64,000 nucleotides of DNA, taken from assembly GCA_963700285.1 (NCBI GenBank), contig CAVOXA010000006.1:142253-206252 (forward strand), read 5' to 3'. The translations under genes and the position numbers were made by a program. The notes under the pieces were generated by a model that worked only from the letters and a program-made list of their open reading frames with translations, was not told the origin of the DNA and did not search any database. Numbering within the stretch: the stretch's first letter is position 1; each line of letters starts with the position of its first letter. Positions 62,970-64,000 of this stretch are shown piece after piece. Source of the stretch: an uncultured Chloroflexia bacterium. GTDB lineage: Bacteria; Chloroflexota; Anaerolineae; JAAYZQ01.

Positions 62970-64000
62970 TTGAACGGCAGAACCATCACAATCCGCGACG
63001 TGGCTGAGCAGGCAGGAGTGTCTCAGAGCACAGTCTCACGTGTACTGAACAGCAAGGACACTCAAATTCCCATCAGCGATGAAACCCGCCAACGCGTGCT
63101 GAGGGCCGCCGAGGAGATGGGATATCGGCCCCACCCTGGCGCGCGTTCGTTGAGTGGAAGGAGTACCGGGCTCATTGGTATCATCACGCGCGAGATCAAC
63201 GATCCCTTTTTCGCCGAACTCATTGACGTGATCAGCAACGTGGCCAAAGAGAAAGGCTACGACCTGGTACTGGGTAATGCCAGACGCGAGCCCGAGAATG
63301 CACTAGCTCTCAGGGACAGGATGCTCGATCCCAGGCACTGTGACGGTCTACTGCTCTGCGGTGACCTTCGCGAATCAGCCGAGGATCACAGTTTCCTGGA
63401 TAGGATGGGCCGCGATCACCCCCTAGTGTCTGTGTCGCGGGGCCACCGGCACCTGGTACGTAGTACGCCATCCGTAGATATCGACAATCGCAAGGGAGCC
63501 CGTCTGGCCCTTGATCATTTGGCCCGGCTGGGCCACCAACGGATCGCCTGCATGGATGTGGGGCGATTGGGCGATCTGTGGGAGCGCCTGGAAGCCTATC
63601 GCGAGTTTATGGAGGTTAGTGTCCATGGGGTGCTGGAAGACTATATCCAACCGACCGAGAACAGCTACGAGGGCGGGTACAGGGCAACTAGGCGTCTTCT
63701 CTCGCTACCCACGCCCCCGACAGCGATCTTTGCGATGGACGACACGATGGCCATTGGTGTGCTAGGTGGGGCCTATGACATGGGCTGGGCAGTACCAGCG
63801 GATCTATCCATCGTCGGCTTTGATGACATGGGGGCTGCGGCCTACGCCCGGCCGGCACTGACCACTATCCGCCAGCCGATGGCGGAACTTGGCAGCAAAG
63901 CCGTGGAGTTGCTCCTGGCGATGATTGAGAGAGGAGCTTTGCGAGCCTTGTCCCCGGCTGGTTCTGGAACCAGAGCTTATCGTCCGAGATTCCTGTGGTC
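62970..64000 (+). CDS. LacI-family transcriptional regulator (runs off the window end)
   Basis: TTG start, TIRDVAEQAGVSQSTVSRVLN HTH, MGYRP, PTAIFAMDDTMA, SIVGFDD, PALTTIRQP; missed by the ORF track. Confidence 0.92.
   Translation, partial: MNGRTITIRDVAEQAGVSQSTVSRVLNSKDTQIPISDETRQRVLRAAEEMGYRPHPGARSLSGRSTGLIGIITREINDPFFAELIDVISNVAKEKGYDLVLGNARREPENALALRDRMLDPRHCDGLLLCGDLRESAEDHSFLDRMGRDHPLVSVSRGHRHLVRSTPSVDIDNRKGARLALDHLARLGHQRIACMDVGRLGDLWERLEAYREFMEVSVHGVLEDYIQPTENSYEGGYRATRRLLSLPTPPTAIFAMDDTMAIGVLGGAYDMGWAVPADLSIVGFDDMGAAAYARPALTTIRQPMAELGSKAVELLLAMIERGALRALSPAGSGTRAYRPRFLW

Overview
GC-rich bacterial DNA, most likely an anaerobic Chloroflexota/Anaerolineae genome (inferred from a C-terminal 'LYLP' sorting-type motif, the REP-like repeat types and the gene content). 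Patches of single-base indels split many genes and are probably uncorrected long-read errors. Four blocks: (1) 0.4-12.5 kb (+): a ~5 kb secreted multicopper oxidase with six fibronectin-III repeats (MofA/OmpB-like), then a Cys-rich operon (cupredoxin-domain lipoprotein, two DUF4418 proteins, MacB/FtsX-type ABC transporter, a paralogous surface protein, NapH/MauN-like polyferredoxin). (2) 12.8-49.4 kb (-): 29 co-oriented genes headed by an Lrp/AsnC regulator and a consensus promoter. They encode eight non-pyrrolysine MttB-superfamily methyltransferases, one corrinoid protein, an Opp/Dpp importer and a guanidine/polyamine toolkit (agmatinase, agmatine deiminase, two N-carbamoylputrescine amidases, two saccharopine-dehydrogenase-family enzymes, two class-III aminotransferases, cyclodeaminase/mu-crystallin, amidase, amidohydrolase, FixCX). 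This is the best candidate for an undescribed system: corrinoid-dependent demethylation and catabolism of N-methylated guanidino or polyamine compounds. (3) After a truncation junction at ~50.17 kb (+): a second Opp/Dpp transporter, three tandem amidohydrolases and a nested palindromic tandem repeat (57.75-58.67 kb). (4) GntR, MFS, DeoR, a decayed lipoprotein gene and a LacI regulator. No rRNA, tRNA, CRISPR array or transposase was seen.
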